From positions 17,109 through 81,108 of the forward strand of contig JAYZBQ010000058.1 of the NCBI GenBank assembly GCA_036338695.1: a DNA stretch of 64,000 nucleotides. Direction: 5' to 3'. Position numbers and translations under genes: made by a program. The DNA is from Myxococcota bacterium. GTDB lineage: Bacteria; Myxococcota; UBA4151. The notes under the pieces were generated by a model, which was given only the letters and a program-made list of their open reading frames with translations, was not told where the DNA came from and searched no databases. This document shows positions 35,031 through 45,090 of the stretch, in pieces (the stretch's first letter is position 1; each line of letters begins with the position of its first letter).

Positions 35031-36442
35031 TTGTTGAGCACGATGTAGAGCGTCCGCTGCCGCCTCTGAATGAGCAAGAGGGTTCGTTTGCCGCTGCGCT
35101 TGTAGCGCTGCTTGAACGCTGCCAGGCTTCGGACGGACTTCTGGTTTACCTCAACCAACACATCACCAGCCTGCACGCCAGCCCGGTCAGCGGGGGAGCC
35201 CGGCTCGACCGCAGTGACGACCACGCCTGCCTTAATCCGCCGCGGGATCGCATACTGCTCGCGTAGACGACCGTCGATGTTCTCAAGGACCAGCCCAGCC
35301 AGATGCCCACTCTTCGCCTCAGCGGGCGGTTCCTTTTGGGCGCGCCCGCCGTCGCCCTCGAGCTCACCGAGCTTCACGCTCATCGTACGCGCACGTCCTT
35401 TGCGCAGGAGCTTCAACTTGACCCGAGCCCCCGAACCCGCTGCAGCGACTCGGTTCCGCAGATGAGCCGGGTCTCTCAAGGTCTCGCCGGCGAGCTCCAC
35501 GATCACGTCGCCACGCTTGATCCCGCTGCGCGCCGCTGGGCTGTCTTGCATCACATCCGAGATCAGCACGCCCTTGGTCGACTTCAGCCCCATCGCTCGC
35601 TGAAGATCTTTCGTGACGGGCTGTATCGCGACACCAAGCCAGCCTCGAACAACCCGTCCGTGCTTGAGGAGGCTGTTCATGACGGCACGCGCCATGTTGG
35701 AGGGGACTGCAAACCCGATCCCCTGATAGCCGCCGCTGCGTGAGGCGATGGCCGTGTTGATGCCGATGAGCCTGCCTTGCAGATCAATCAGCGCACCGCC
35801 GCTGTTGCCCGGATTAATCGCCGCATCGGTCTGGATAAAGTCTTCATAGTCGACGATCCCCACGTTGGCGCGCCCCTTAGCCGAAACGATCCCCATCGTG
35901 ACGGTATGTCCCAGGCCAAAAGGGTTGCCGATGGCGACCACCATCTCGCCCAGCCGCAGCCTGTCCGAGTCACCCAGCGCGATCGGCGCGAGGTCTTTAG
36001 GCGGCTTCAACATCTTGATAACGGCAATGTCCGACTTTGGGTCGGCGCCCACCACCTCAGCGTCAAAGTCCCGCCCATCGCTAAGCGTCACGCGGATCTT
36101 CGACGCGCCTTCGATCACGTGGTTGTTCGTCAGGATCACGCCGCTCTTGCGCACGATCACCCCACTTCCGAGGCTGTTCTCACGCTCTGGCATCGACCGC
36201 CGCTGCTGCGGCGCACCCGGGCCAAAGAAGCGCTTGAAGAAGGGGTCATTGAGCAGCGGGTGACCACCCGGCCGGGCGCTCATCGCCTTGGTCGTCGAGA
36301 TGTTGACCACCGCACGCACCCGACGCTCCGCCACGTTGGCGATGGCGTCGCTCGCAAAACCCGTTGGGTCCCACTTGGCGGCTTGAGCGACCGGCGTAGA
36401 CAGTGAGAGGGCGGCGAGCGCCCAGAGCATTCGTGGGATCAT
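35027..36442 (-). CDS. degQ: DegQ/DegP (Do) serine endoprotease with two PDZ domains
   Basis: TNNHV, DIAV, TDAAINPGNSGG; two PDZ domains; SD GAGGAG before ATG 36442. Confidence 0.93.
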   Translation of the reverse strand: MIPRMLWALAALSLSTPVAQAAKWDPTGFASDAIANVAERRVRAVVNISTTKAMSARPGGHPLLNDPFFKRFFGPGAPQQRRSMPERENSLGSGVIVRKSGVILTNNHVIEGASKIRVTLSDGRDFDAEVVGADPKSDIAVIKMLKPPKDLAPIALGDSDRLRLGEMVVAIGNPFGLGHTVTMGIVSAKGRANVGIVDYEDFIQTDAAINPGNSGGALIDLQGRLIGINTAIASRSGGYQGIGFAVPSNMARAVMNSLLKHGRVVRGWLGVAIQPVTKDLQRAMGLKSTKGVLISDVMQDSPAARSGIKRGDVIVELAGETLRDPAHLRNRVAAAGSGARVKLKLLRKGRARTMSVKLGELEGDGGRAQKEPPAEAKSGHLAGLVLENIDGRLREQYAIPRRIKAGVVVTAVEPGSPADRAGVQAGDVLVEVNQKSVRSLAAFKQRYKRSGKRTLLLIQRRQRTLYIVLNK

Positions 36443-36513
36443 TAAAACGGCTCCTCGTTCTATCGCCTTGACGATAGAGCCACCTAAACTATTTCGAAGA
36501 AATGGCGCTGCGA

Positions 36514-37518
36514 TCAATCCAAGCAGTGGCCGTAGTCAAAGACGCTGACCCCTTGAGACGCTGCGGTGCACGCGCTGGTGTAGGTCTTTTGATCACAGCC
36601 ACACACGGGGGTGGGGTACAGGTCCACCGGACACAGCGGGGCGCCCGAAGCGTCCTGCTCGACGTTCGGCGCACAGTATCCGCTGCCGCCGCAGACTGCC
36701 AGCTCCGGCTGACGACACCACTGACCTTCGCCGCACGGGTTGTCGGCGTCGCACGCCACTTTGCCAAGGCTGAGCGCCTTGAGGGTCGCCTTGAATGAGC
36801 GGTACTGGTTCAAGTCCGATAAGACGATGCGTTCTCCAGCCGAGACGTAGATCGCCAGCTTACCGTCGGCTCGATAGACGTAAAACTCGTCCTTAGATGC
36901 GCCGTCGTGTGCGTTCAGCCAGACATGGTCCGCCTGCGTGTCCTGGAAGACTGGGTAGTTCACCTGGACCTGGCTTGTCCGCTCGTTGCCGTCGCAACTG
37001 TCCGTCGCGTGAAGCGCGCACGCCCCGTAAGAGTTGCGCAACTCGGACATCACCTTCTGCTCCGATGAGTGGCAGAAGCCCTGCTCGCAGGTCTCGCCGT
37101 CGCCGCAGTCCGAAGCAGCGGCGCAGGTCGTGCCGACCTCACCCGAGTTCTTGAGCACCGTCGCAAAGGCGACGTCGAACCCCTCACTCGCCAGCTGATC
37201 TTTGAGCACCTGCAGATAGCCCATCTGCTGGGCGCAAAAGGCGCAGTTGATCTTGTACATGCTCACGACCGTGACCTTACCTTCGAAAGCTTCGAGCCCG
37301 AAGGTCTCCATAAACCGCTCACTGTTCTGGTTCACGTCCTGGAGCTGCCAAGTCGGAAGATCCGCGCAGACACACTGCGAGGCGGCGCCTCCCTCACAGG
37401 CGGGGGGGGCATCACACGACACCTCGGTCTGCTCCCAGCCACCGACCCGCTGCTTGGGTTGAATGTTCCGATAGTCCGAACAGCCGGCGATCAGCACCGC
37501 AAGCGCCAGGTAACGCAT
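36514..37518 (-). CDS. Lipoprotein with selenoprotein-P-like thioredoxin fold (CAFC) and C-terminal Kazal domain
   Basis: GKVTVVSMYKINCAFC...PVFQD...VW...SKDEFYVYRADGKL; C-terminal PVCGCDQKTYTSAC...GHC. Confidence 0.72.
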   Translation of the reverse strand: MRYLALAVLIAGCSDYRNIQPKQRVGGWEQTEVSCDAPPACEGGAASQCVCADLPTWQLQDVNQNSERFMETFGLEAFEGKVTVVSMYKINCAFCAQQMGYLQVLKDQLASEGFDVAFATVLKNSGEVGTTCAAASDCGDGETCEQGFCHSSEQKVMSELRNSYGACALHATDSCDGNERTSQVQVNYPVFQDTQADHVWLNAHDGASKDEFYVYRADGKLAIYVSAGERIVLSDLNQYRSFKATLKALSLGKVACDADNPCGEGQWCRQPELAVCGGSGYCAPNVEQDASGAPLCPVDLYPTPVCGCDQKTYTSACTAASQGVSVFDYGHCLD

Positions 37519-37850
37519 TATCGCCGCCGTCTTCTCAAGCCGATGACAGGCACCAGCCACAGCCAGCTCGCTGCGCCGCCGACCGAGCAGCCGCCCTCGG
37601 GCTCAGGCGGCGTGACGCCAGCGTCCGCTCGAGGGCGCCGCCGCCGCTGCCCGGTGTCCACCGGCCCAGCGTCATACATCCCTGCGTCCCAGTCTGGCAG
37701 AACAACACAGCAAAGCCCGTCAGCGCAACCGGTGTCTGGATACGCGCCAGCGTCCATCGCTGAGCCAGTATCGGCCTCGGGCACGTTAGCGCCTACATCT
37801 GCGTAAGCCGACGTCGCCACCAACACCATCAACACTCCTAAGATGCGCAT
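37518..37850 (-). CDS. Small exported protein with a MYXO-CTERM-type sorting tail
   Basis: Signal peptide (AYA), D-A-G repeats, C-terminal GGCSVGG-hydrophobic-RRRRR. Confidence 0.8.
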   Translation of the reverse strand: MRILGVLMVLVATSAYADVGANVPEADTGSAMDAGAYPDTGCADGLCCVVLPDWDAGMYDAGPVDTGQRRRRPRADAGVTPPEPEGGCSVGGAASWLWLVPVIGLRRRRR

Positions 37851-37865
37851 GGAGGTCCCCCTAAA

Positions 37866-38942
37866 CTAGTCGTCCAACAGCTCGTCGATGGCTGCTGTGT
37901 AGCCCGTCTGAGCGCGTGGGTCGTCCTCGCACCGCGAGGCGAAGTTGAAGCTCATGTCGTCGCCGTCGAGCACGTAGTAGTTGGGTAGCCCGTTGTCACA
38001 GGTGGTGATCCACTCACGACGCCAGACCTCGTTGAAGCCCGCTCGTCCGTTGCCGTTATCGAGCAGCATACGCGCCGGGTCGATGCTTTTGGCCTGCGCA
38101 TCGGCGAAGCATTCCTGCACCGTAGCCGGCGTGCGGGTGTTCCCCTGACCGATGACGTAATACGCTTCGACCGGTTGCCCTTGGTCTTTGTACTGCTGGA
38201 TCAGTTGCTCAGTCTGCGGGAGGCGCTGGCGACAGGCTGAGCACCAGCCCGCCGTCAACACCATCACCTGTGCTTTGACGCGACCGCAGTTGTCGTGAAT
38301 CGCTACCGTGTCACCGTAGCAGTTCGGCAGCACGAGGTCGCGCAGCTTATCGCCGCGCTGGTTGCCCTCACCTTCGCTCTCGCACTCGCCCAAAATGTTG
38401 GTTTCGATCGGCGCATCCCAGCGCACGTTGCTGCCACAGAAGCTCGTGCCACGCCGCTTGGGCTCCGAGCCGTCCTCTTCCATCTCCTCAAACATCACGT
38501 TGTTGAGGCGCGCCTTGAAGGTGCCGCCCACCACGCCGGTCGAGACGATCTCGAGCACGCCGGTCGCTTGGTAGATCTCGTTGCAGACGCCGTCGTCGTC
38601 GCAATCACGGTAGGCGCGCACCAGCGGGTCGGCTTCGTTGCCGTCGTCGGCTTCGAGCATGTAGGAGCCAGCGGGTAGGGGCTCCGTCTCATCCGGCAGC
38701 AAGAAGGACGTGAACTCGATCTTATCAAAGCGGGAGCCCGCCCCCGAAGCCTCGTAGCCCAAGTACTCCTTACCCGTCTTGCGACCGAACACAGCGGTCC
38801 CCGAATCGACGGCAAAGTCCGCTTGGTCACAGGTCCCTTCGTGGATGATATCGTCCCAAGAGGGCTCTTGAGGCCCGTCATCGGCGGGACCGCAAGCGGT
38901 CGCCAGTGCGAGGCATGAAATGGCAAGTGCGATACGCGTCAT
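37866..38942 (-). CDS. Lipoprotein with C-terminal redoxin/thioredoxin-like domain
   Basis: Lipobox ATAC; TAGWCSAC redox motif; GLPNYYVLD cis-Pro loop. Confidence 0.8.
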   Translation of the reverse strand: MTRIALAISCLALATACGPADDGPQEPSWDDIIHEGTCDQADFAVDSGTAVFGRKTGKEYLGYEASGAGSRFDKIEFTSFLLPDETEPLPAGSYMLEADDGNEADPLVRAYRDCDDDGVCNEIYQATGVLEIVSTGVVGGTFKARLNNVMFEEMEEDGSEPKRRGTSFCGSNVRWDAPIETNILGECESEGEGNQRGDKLRDLVLPNCYGDTVAIHDNCGRVKAQVMVLTAGWCSACRQRLPQTEQLIQQYKDQGQPVEAYYVIGQGNTRTPATVQECFADAQAKSIDPARMLLDNGNGRAGFNEVWRREWITTCDNGLPNYYVLDGDDMSFNFASRCEDDPRAQTGYTAAIDELLDD

Positions 38943-39084
38943 GAGACGTCTCCTGTCTAAGCCTTTGGGTCATGCACCAGAACGCTATCCCGAACAAGTG
39001 CAGCAGCGCATGAACGCTAAGAAGTTATCACGATTTGATCTCGCGCGCACGGCGGCGCACACTGTGGTCGCTGGAGAACCCCAC

Positions 39085-40710
39085 GTGACGAGCACCGCAC
39101 GGCGATGGATCGCAGGCCCTTGGCGCGACAGCGTCTTGCTGGTCGGCTTGCCGCTGCTGATCCTGCCAGCGTGTGCGCTCATCCTAGGAGCAGGGCTTAG
39201 CGATGAGCGCCAACTGAATGCGTGGATCTTTGCGCTCGGCGCGCAAGGTCATCACCTGCCTGGCTGGCTGCGCGCCTATGGCGACAAAGCCGTGTTTTCG
39301 GCGTATCGCCAACGACTCATCTGGGGGCCGGCGGTGATCGTGAGTCTGAGCGTGGGCTTTGCGCTCGCCGATCTCCACGCGTTGGTACTGACTGCCTATC
39401 TGTGGGGTGTTTGGCATGGGCTGATGCAGACCTACGGTGTGGCGCGAATCTATGGCCGGATGAACGGCGCAAGCGCACAGCTTGCTCGGTGGGACCTGCT
39501 CGTCTGCCAGGTCGGATTCATCGCAGCGGTTTTGGCTTCGCCCGTGCGACAACACTACATCCTCGACCTGGCGTTGCGCATCGGTTTGACCATCCCAGAC
39601 GCTGCAGCGCTTGAGGCCTTGCGCACCGTCGCCGTCCTCGCCACCGTGGCAGCGGTTTTCGGGTGGGTGGTGGTCAACCTGCGCGCCGGCTGGCGCCAAG
39701 CGCACCCAGCCCGGCTCGTGCTGATCCCGTCGAGCCTGGCGTTTTGGTGGTTTTGTAACCTAACGGTCGAGCATATGCTCATCGGCCTTGCGCTGTTCGA
39801 GGTGTTTCATGACCTTCAATATCTCGCCCTCGTGTGGTGGGTGGGCAGGGCGCGGCACCAGCAGGGGGCTGGGGGACGCTCGGCCCGGTGGCTCTATGGT
39901 CGAGGGGCGCTCTCGATCGGTCTCTACGCGGTCGCCTGTCTCTTGTACGGCGCGCTGGTGCCGCTCGGCGAGGCTGGCTCGACCTTTCAGCGCATCGGCG
40001 TAGGGGTTCTCGCCGCGTCGCAGCTTGTTCATTTCTATTTCGATGGGTTCATCTGGCGCCTGGGTGAGACGACACACAGCGGCTGGCTGCGGCAGGATGG
40101 CTCGAAGTCACAACAGCGCCACCACGCTCGCCCAGCGCTTGCCCTCGCTGCCCTGTCGCTGATCCTTGGCGCAGGTGTGCTCGAGCGGATGCAGCGCTCT
40201 CGCCCGGAGGATCGCATCGTGCGCTTAGCCGGTGTGATACCAGGAAGCCCCATCCTGCAGACCCAGCTCGGCGCGCTCCATCTCCAGCGCGACGCGCTCC
40301 TCGATGCCGCAGGCGCCTACCGCGCAGCGCTGGCGCTGATCCCCGAGTACGACCTGGCGAGCGACGGACTTGAGCACGTTCTTCGGCGCGCAGCCGAGAC
40401 CGGCGGGCTGCATCAACTCGTTGCCCCTGACTGCGAGCCGTTTGCGAGCACGCAGCACGCAGCCCTGGCGTTCAAAACGGGGCGCGTGGCGATCGAGAGC
40501 GGTCGCCCCGAGCTGGCTCGACGGGCTTGGCACACGGCGCTGTGTATGGATCCACGCCACACCGCGGCGAGCCACAGCCTGGGCGTCTACTACGCCCAGC
40601 GCGGCGACTACTCGGCGGCTGCAGCGATCCTGCGGCGTGCGCTCGAGCGTCAACCGAACGAGGCGCAGCTACGAGCTTTGCTCGAGCGAGTTACTGACCG
40701 CCCCGAGTGA
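39085..40710 (+). CDS. His-motif polytopic membrane protein with C-terminal TPRs; start uncertain
   Basis: GHH, WHGLMQTYG, FHDLQY and HFYFDGFIW in the TM region; TPR helices at the C-terminus. GTG 39085 (SD GGAG) or ATG 39010. Confidence 0.75.
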   Translation: MTSTARRWIAGPWRDSVLLVGLPLLILPACALILGAGLSDERQLNAWIFALGAQGHHLPGWLRAYGDKAVFSAYRQRLIWGPAVIVSLSVGFALADLHALVLTAYLWGVWHGLMQTYGVARIYGRMNGASAQLARWDLLVCQVGFIAAVLASPVRQHYILDLALRIGLTIPDAAALEALRTVAVLATVAAVFGWVVVNLRAGWRQAHPARLVLIPSSLAFWWFCNLTVEHMLIGLALFEVFHDLQYLALVWWVGRARHQQGAGGRSARWLYGRGALSIGLYAVACLLYGALVPLGEAGSTFQRIGVGVLAASQLVHFYFDGFIWRLGETTHSGWLRQDGSKSQQRHHARPALALAALSLILGAGVLERMQRSRPEDRIVRLAGVIPGSPILQTQLGALHLQRDALLDAAGAYRAALALIPEYDLASDGLEHVLRRAAETGGLHQLVAPDCEPFASTQHAALAFKTGRVAIESGRPELARRAWHTALCMDPRHTAASHSLGVYYAQRGDYSAAAAILRRALERQPNEAQLRALLERVTDRPE

Positions 40711-42196
40711 CAAATTCCCACGCCTTCTTAAGCGAGGCAGCGCTGACCTTGGCGCCGTTGCCCGTCTGATCCCGCAGGTAGTCATAAATGGGAGCGCGCC
40801 ACGGGATCCCTAACATCAGGGGCTTGGGGTCGTACTCTTTGAAGCGGTACCCGTCGCCCCCACCGAGCATGAAATCGTTAATCAGGACGCGCACCTTGGC
40901 GTCATCGGTCATCTCCTTGCCGCGAACGAACAGCTTGCCGTCTCGCAGCTCCGCACCGGAGGCGATGGTCTGCGGATTAGCGAAGGCTTCGATGAGCTGC
41001 GCTTTGGTCAGCTCGACGCGCACGACCGTGTTGTTGAAGGGGAGGAGCCCGATGACCGATTGAACGGTGATCTCGCCGGGAAGAAACGAGGAGCGCAGCG
41101 CGCCCCGGTTGTTGATCGCGACCTCGGCGTCGGGGATCTGCTCAAGCCAAGCGAGGGTGACCAACTGCCCGAGCGCGTTCTGCTCGCTCCCGCCCTTGCG
41201 ACCAAGCGGCCCGACGGCTTGCGCGAGCACCTCTTTACCACGCTGTGCGACCTCCTCTTTAGCGTCCTCGTAGATCTGCTTGAGGATCGGGTCGTTGATG
41301 TCATTGTCGCGGCTGCCCATCGGGTCGCGCTGAACCAAGCCCACTTTGCCCGTGGTCTTGTCGATCTCCACCTGGCAGACCTCACGGAGCTTGTCGTAGG
41401 GCACGCAGAACGCGATTCCCTCGGACTGCATCTCAAAGGGCTGATAGATGTGACCGCCGAACACGGCGCGCACCCCAAGCGCTGCCAGCGGCTTCGCCAC
41501 CGGTTCGAGCTCTGCTGCGCTGTCATGGATCAGAATGATCGTGGCCTGGGCGCCTGCATCTTTAGCCTTTTGAGCCTCAGCCAAGGCGCTCTCGGCATAG
41601 TCCGAGAAGACGATCCCCTCGATGTTCGTCGCCAGGGTCACCTTCGGCGTGTCCAGATAGGTCAACCCGATGATGCCGAGCTTGAACCCTTTGACATCGA
41701 CGATGATGTGCCCCTCGACCGGCATTGCCTTGTCTGCGGGGACTTCCATGTTGGCGCCGAGGTAGCTGTACGCACTGGCCTTTGCGTTTCGGCGGAACGC
41801 CTCGACGCCGAAATCGAACTCGTGGTTGCCCATCGCCGCAGCGCGGTACCCGAGGTGATTCATGGCTTTGACCATGGGCTCCCCCTGAAGCAGGGTGCTT
41901 AGCGCCGGCCCGGTCCAAGAATCACCGCTCGAGACGAGCACGTCGAGGTCACGATCAAAGCCGTGATCCTTAAGATATCGGCTCAGCAGCTCAAAGCCGC
42001 CGGTCCGGACATCGTGCGATTTGCTGTAGCGCCCCTCAAACCATCCATGCTCGTCGCTGGTGTGGAAAATCCGAAGGATGTTACCGTCTACTTTACGAGC
42101 CGCATCGACAGCTTTAGCCTCGGGCGCAACCTCGGTGTTCTTCGGCGCCGTCTTGCAGGCGGCAACAAGAAGCGAAAGGGTCAGCAAAGAGCGCAT
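40691..42196 (-). CDS. Bifunctional metallophosphatase/5'-nucleotidase lipoprotein
   Basis: SDEHG, SGD, GNHEFD, GGH, NRGALR, GGGDGY; lipobox VAAC. Confidence 0.9.
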   Translation of the reverse strand: MRSLLTLSLLVAACKTAPKNTEVAPEAKAVDAARKVDGNILRIFHTSDEHGWFEGRYSKSHDVRTGGFELLSRYLKDHGFDRDLDVLVSSGDSWTGPALSTLLQGEPMVKAMNHLGYRAAAMGNHEFDFGVEAFRRNAKASAYSYLGANMEVPADKAMPVEGHIIVDVKGFKLGIIGLTYLDTPKVTLATNIEGIVFSDYAESALAEAQKAKDAGAQATIILIHDSAAELEPVAKPLAALGVRAVFGGHIYQPFEMQSEGIAFCVPYDKLREVCQVEIDKTTGKVGLVQRDPMGSRDNDINDPILKQIYEDAKEEVAQRGKEVLAQAVGPLGRKGGSEQNALGQLVTLAWLEQIPDAEVAINNRGALRSSFLPGEITVQSVIGLLPFNNTVVRVELTKAQLIEAFANPQTIASGAELRDGKLFVRGKEMTDDAKVRVLINDFMLGGGDGYRFKEYDPKPLMLGIPWRAPIYDYLRDQTGNGAKVSAASLKKAWEFVTRGGQ

Positions 42197-42263
42197 GAGA
42201 TCTCCTTAGGGGAGTCGGTTCATACGAGCTACGGCGCATTGTGGAAAGGTTAGAATCGTTCTG

Positions 42264-43448
42264 ATGAACTCGGCAGCTACGGACCCCGTGCTCCTGCGCG
42301 ACGGCCTCGCGGCTTGGCGAGCCAGCCTCGCTGAACTCGAGCGCCGGAGCAGCCTCGCCTCGCTCACCTGGCATCCGCCGAATCAGCTGACCTACGACGG
42401 CGCCGTCGTCTTCTCGGGTTGTGATCAAGTCCATGTGCTCGCCGTGGGTAAAGCCGCTTGCCAGCTCGCCCGAGCGGCTTCCGCTCAGCTCGGCGATCGC
42501 CTGGCAGGCGGACTCGTCGTCTGCCTCGCCTCCGATCCGACCTCAGGTCTGGACGAGCGCTGGCAGCGTGCACCCGGCGCTCACCCCGCACCCAATGACT
42601 CAAGCCTTGCCGCTGGTGAGGCGGTCATGCGGTGGCTGGTGCAGCTGAATCCGAATGATCATCTCCTGGTGCTCATGAGCGGTGGCGGATCAGCCATGAT
42701 GGAGGTCCCTGCGAGCGGATGGGACCTGGCTGGATTGGCGCAGCAGCGACTCAGCGACCTCAACAGAGGTTACACCATCGAGGCGATCAACCAGCGAGCT
42801 TCGGCGCGCAGCGCGCTCAAAGATGGGCGTTTGGCAAGGCTCGTTCCGTGCCCATGGCGACAGCTGACCCTCAACGACGTCAGCGACGCGCCGGACGGCT
42901 GCGTCTCTTCGGGGCCTTTTCTCGGCTTGAGTGGAAGTGACCTCCAGATCGCAAACCACCTCACGGCGCGGCAGGCGGCGATGCACGCGCTGGCTGAGCG
43001 AGGCTACCGCGTCGCCAGCGGGGACACGCTCAAGGGCGAGGCGCAGCGAGCCGGGGCAAGCTTACCGGACGCCGGCCCGTGGGACGCCCTCGTGCTCAGC
43101 GGCGAGACCGTCGTAACCGGACCGTACTCCGGTCGCGGCGGGCGAAACCTCGAGCTCATCGCCGGTTGGCTCTTGAGGCAGCATCACCCTGCGCACTGGG
43201 CTTTGGTCGCTGGGTCCACCGACGGCGCAGACGGCAGCAGCGGCGCCCCCGGTGCCTTCTATAACTCGCGTGACGCCATCGATCGAGCGAGCCTCGAGCG
43301 TGCGCTTGCACGGCACGACACCGCGCCATGGTTTGCGCAGCGTGGGCGCCTCCTTCCGACGCATCACGCCGCCAGCCATACGGGAGATTTGGTGATCCTC
43401 ATTCGCCGTGGTCGTTCGCCCGAGACCGGCGTCTCATCACCCGGCTAG
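42264..43448 (+). CDS. Glycerate 2-kinase-like protein (DUF4147 + MOFRL)
   Basis: [36 protein letters not shown]. Confidence 0.85.
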   Translation: MNSAATDPVLLRDGLAAWRASLAELERRSSLASLTWHPPNQLTYDGAVVFSGCDQVHVLAVGKAACQLARAASAQLGDRLAGGLVVCLASDPTSGLDERWQRAPGAHPAPNDSSLAAGEAVMRWLVQLNPNDHLLVLMSGGGSAMMEVPASGWDLAGLAQQRLSDLNRGYTIEAINQRASARSALKDGRLARLVPCPWRQLTLNDVSDAPDGCVSSGPFLGLSGSDLQIANHLTARQAAMHALAERGYRVASGDTLKGEAQRAGASLPDAGPWDALVLSGETVVTGPYSGRGGRNLELIAGWLLRQHHPAHWALVAGSTDGADGSSGAPGAFYNSRDAIDRASLERALARHDTAPWFAQRGRLLPTHHAASHTGDLVILIRRGRSPETGVSSPG

Positions 43449-43531
43449 GTGAAATGAGCGAATGGGGTGGACCGTTGCGGCTCCTTTCCCTAGGTTCGGC
43501 GCCGTCGAGACGGACGACGGATAGGAACGGC

Positions 43532-45079
43532 ATGCGTATCGGGATTCCGAAAGAGACGCTGGCGGGCGAGCGACGAGTCGCTGCGACCCCAGCCTCCATC
43601 AAGAAACTCATCAAGCTGGGCTACGAGGTCTGCGTGCAGCCAGGCGCCGGCGAACAAGCCAGTTTTCGCGACAGCGACTACACGGACGCGGGCGCAACTC
43701 TGGCAGACAATATCTGGGCTGAGGCTCAGATCGTCCTCAAGGTGAACCCACCTGACGCTTCCGAGGTCGCCCAGCTCGACGCATCCAAAACGCTGATCTC
43801 CTACGTGCTGCCCGCAAAGAACAGCGGCATCGCTGAGCAGCTCAGCGCCACAGGGGCTACCGTGCTCGGTATCTGCTGTGTGCCGCGCATCAGCCGCGCC
43901 CAGAAGATGGACGCGCGCAGCTCCATGGCGAACATCGCTGGCTACCGCGGCGTGATCGAAGCGGCGAACCACTTCGGGAGCTTCTTTACGGGTCAGATCA
44001 CGGCGGCAGGTAAGGTCCCGCCCGCTAAGGTGCTGGTCGTCGGTGCTGGGGTCGCCGGACTGGCGAGCATCGGCGCTGCACGCGGTCTGGGCGCGATCGT
44101 TCGCGCCTTTGATGTGCGCACGGCCGTCAAGGATCAAGTCGGTAGCCTCGGCGCTGAATTCCTTGAGGTCGACGTCCAGGAAGACGGCGAGACGGCCGGC
44201 GGCTACGCGAAGGAGATGTCGGACGCCTACAAAGAGGCTCAGCGGCAGCTGTTTCTCGATCAAGCGGCCGAGGTCGATATCGTCATCACCACGGCGCTGG
44301 TTGCGGGCAGTAAAGCGCCGATCCTCTGGGACGACGCCATGGTCGAAGCCATGAAGCCGGGGTCGGTGGTCGTGGACCTCGCCGCCGAGCAAGGCGGTAA
44401 CTGCTCGAAGACGGTCCCGGGCGAGGTGGCGCAGGTTGACGGCGTCACCATCGTCGGTCACCGCGACCTCACCAGCCGTTTGCCCGTCACAGCGAGCGAG
44501 CTGTACGCTCAAAATCTTGTCCACTTGCTCAGTGATATGACGGTGGATGGGGAGCTGACCGTCGACCATGAAGACGAGGTGGTTCGCGGCGCGCTGGTCT
44601 GCCAAAACGGTGAGGTCATGTGGCCTCCGCCAGCCCCCCCTGCGCCTGCTCCGCAGCCCAAGCCGGCGCCTGAGCTAGAGCCTGAGCCAGTAGCCGAAGC
44701 GGAGGAAGAGCGCAGCCCGACGCCGTGGCTGCTCTATGCCACCATCCCGCTGACGGCGCTGTGGCTTTTCTTCAAGTTCAGCGCCGGAGACGCAGATGGC
44801 GGCGAGTCGCCCTTCCTGCAGCACTTCACGGTCTTTGTCTTGGCGTGTTTTGTCGGTTGGCAGGTGGTCTGGAACGTCACCCACGCACTGCACACGCCGT
44901 TGATGTCGGTGACCAACGCCATCAGCGGGATCATCATCGTCGGGGGCTTACTGCAAGCCTCCGGCGCGCTGACATCGCCAGCGACGCTCCTTGGGGTCGC
45001 CGCTATTTTCTTCGCAACGATCAACATCAGCGGCGGGTTCTTGGTGACCAAGCGTATGCTGCAGATGTTCCGGAAGTAG
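43532..45079 (+). CDS. pntA: NAD(P) transhydrogenase subunit alpha
   Basis: [46 protein letters not shown]; true start 43532, not 43328. Confidence 0.97.
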   Translation: MRIGIPKETLAGERRVAATPASIKKLIKLGYEVCVQPGAGEQASFRDSDYTDAGATLADNIWAEAQIVLKVNPPDASEVAQLDASKTLISYVLPAKNSGIAEQLSATGATVLGICCVPRISRAQKMDARSSMANIAGYRGVIEAANHFGSFFTGQITAAGKVPPAKVLVVGAGVAGLASIGAARGLGAIVRAFDVRTAVKDQVGSLGAEFLEVDVQEDGETAGGYAKEMSDAYKEAQRQLFLDQAAEVDIVITTALVAGSKAPILWDDAMVEAMKPGSVVVDLAAEQGGNCSKTVPGEVAQVDGVTIVGHRDLTSRLPVTASELYAQNLVHLLSDMTVDGELTVDHEDEVVRGALVCQNGEVMWPPPAPPAPAPQPKPAPELEPEPVAEAEEERSPTPWLLYATIPLTALWLFFKFSAGDADGGESPFLQHFTVFVLACFVGWQVVWNVTHALHTPLMSVTNAISGIIIVGGLLQASGALTSPATLLGVAAIFFATINISGGFLVTKRMLQMFRK

Positions 45080-45090
45080 GGGAGTAAGCC

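Noticed and set aside
36514..38942. Selenocysteine (UGA) recoding in the redoxin genes
   Set aside because: Both redox motifs are encoded as Cys (CAFC, CSAC); no in-frame TGA.
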